A stretch of 64,000 nucleotides of DNA, from NCBI GenBank assembly GCA_013265495.1, contig MU058463.1, forward strand, positions 1,821,523 through 1,885,522, read 5' to 3'. A model generated the notes under the pieces. The model saw nothing but the letters and a program-made list of their open reading frames with translations. It did not search any database and was not told where the DNA came from. The position numbers were made by a program, and so were the translations under genes. Shown here piece by piece: positions 63,019 through 64,000 of this stretch (its first letter is position 1; each line of letters begins with the position of its first letter). The stretch comes from Vicugna vicugna. Lineage: Eukaryota.

Positions 63019-64000
63019 ATGGATCTCTAGCCATTTTTCTCCTGTTTCAAGAAAACGGTTGGATGAAGGTAAGGAGAAGGGACACACCCTCCCCCTTTAA
63101 GGACATGTTTCAAAAATTGCCTGCAACATTTCCTCTCCCATTCCATTGGCCAGATCTCAGTTACATGGTCACAGTCAGCTGCAAGTTAGGCTGGGAATGA
63201 AAGTCTTTTATTCCAATTGATTATGATCTCAGTTTTACACAGCAAGACAAAAGAGATATTACAGGACAACTAGCATCAGGCATCACCTGTCACTTTGGCC
63301 ACATATATATTCACATACACCTTTCTTCCCACAAGCCCCTCCGACTCAGTCTCTCCCCAGGAGAGAGATTTTCAGAGTCCATCAAGTCTAGAATATCTGA
63401 GTGGATGGGTAGTTATGTCATCTGTAATAGATACATATACTGCTCCTCATAGTCCAGTTACCTGCCCCAACAAAAGTTTACCTCAGTGTACTGAAAACAA
63501 GGCAACCATAAGAAAAACTCCCAAGCAGAAAACAGAGAGTGGGAAATAGAGCTATCCTGGAAGGTATCATGTCTTGTTGGGCAGGAATAATGATGACTCC
63601 CCTCTGGTTAGCAGAGTAAGTTCCCAGGTTACCCCCTCTGAAAGCTCCCCTGAGTGGACATCCTTGTTCGCTATTCTCCACAGCTCCCCTGAGGTGGGCC
63701 CTGGAGAAGGTGTCCTTTTTAAATCTGTAGGGATTCTGTAGCCTGCCCCTCACTGGTGCTGGTTTGGAGGCCAAGAAAAAGGTTGGGTTTAATCCCAAGC
63801 TTCCGGGATTGAACAGGATTTGGTGGGTTTTGCTTTTTTGTTTTTTTCTTTTTTTTGTAATTTTATGTCTTCAAAGTCTAGTGGCTTCCAGTTTACTTGC
63901 ACCTGGTCAGTTCTATGTGTTAATAACGACAGAGGAAAATCTTGGAGAGTCAGTTTTTAAGACTGAAGAATCACAGGTCTTTTACTTATGGCCTCCGGCT

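Larger units (their letters stand above)
62275..63292 (-). mobile_element. Older MaLR LTR (MLT1J/I-like) hosting a nested MLT1C-like LTR
   Basis: Flanking parts CCATTGGCCAGATCTCAGTTACATGGTCACA...GCTGCAAGTTAGGCTGGGAA and GGCTATTATGGTGGCTCCA. Confidence 0.65.

Noticed and set aside
1..64000. CRISPR array, operon, defence system, viral or horizontally transferred insert
   Set aside because: I saw no regularly spaced repeat array, gene-dense segment or compositional break. The window reads as ordinary mammalian non-coding DNA throughout.

Overview
This is 64 kb of AT-rich eutherian mammal genomic DNA, either intergenic or inside a large intron. It is not prokaryotic. I recognise no protein-coding gene, rRNA, genuine tRNA, CRISPR array or intact mobile element. 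The ORF track is almost all chance ORFs, apart from decayed LINE-1 ORF2 C-terminal remnants at about 52.9-53.5 kb. The window is a mosaic of old repeats: MIR, L2, L1M, MaLR MLT1 solo LTRs, hAT-Charlie MER5A/MER20/MER58/MER103/MER113-like elements, a Tigger MER2-like MITE and a hAT-Tip100 Zaphod-like remnant. Three younger tRNA-derived SINEs with target-site duplications resemble the camelid Vic-1 type, so the source is probably a camelid (inference). The items most worth follow-up are a poly(A)-tailed non-TE-looking insert (candidate 5'-truncated retrocopy, ~33.4-33.8 kb), a small orphan CpG-rich patch (~43.7 kb), repeat-poor motif-dense blocks that look like conserved non-coding elements (notably ~19.1-22.3 kb), a few frame-preserving microexon candidates, and several nested TE insertions with visible TSDs. 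Repeat subfamily names come from my recall of consensus sequences and need Dfam/RepeatMasker confirmation. Boundaries of old repeats are approximate. I found no convincing evidence of a novel biological system.
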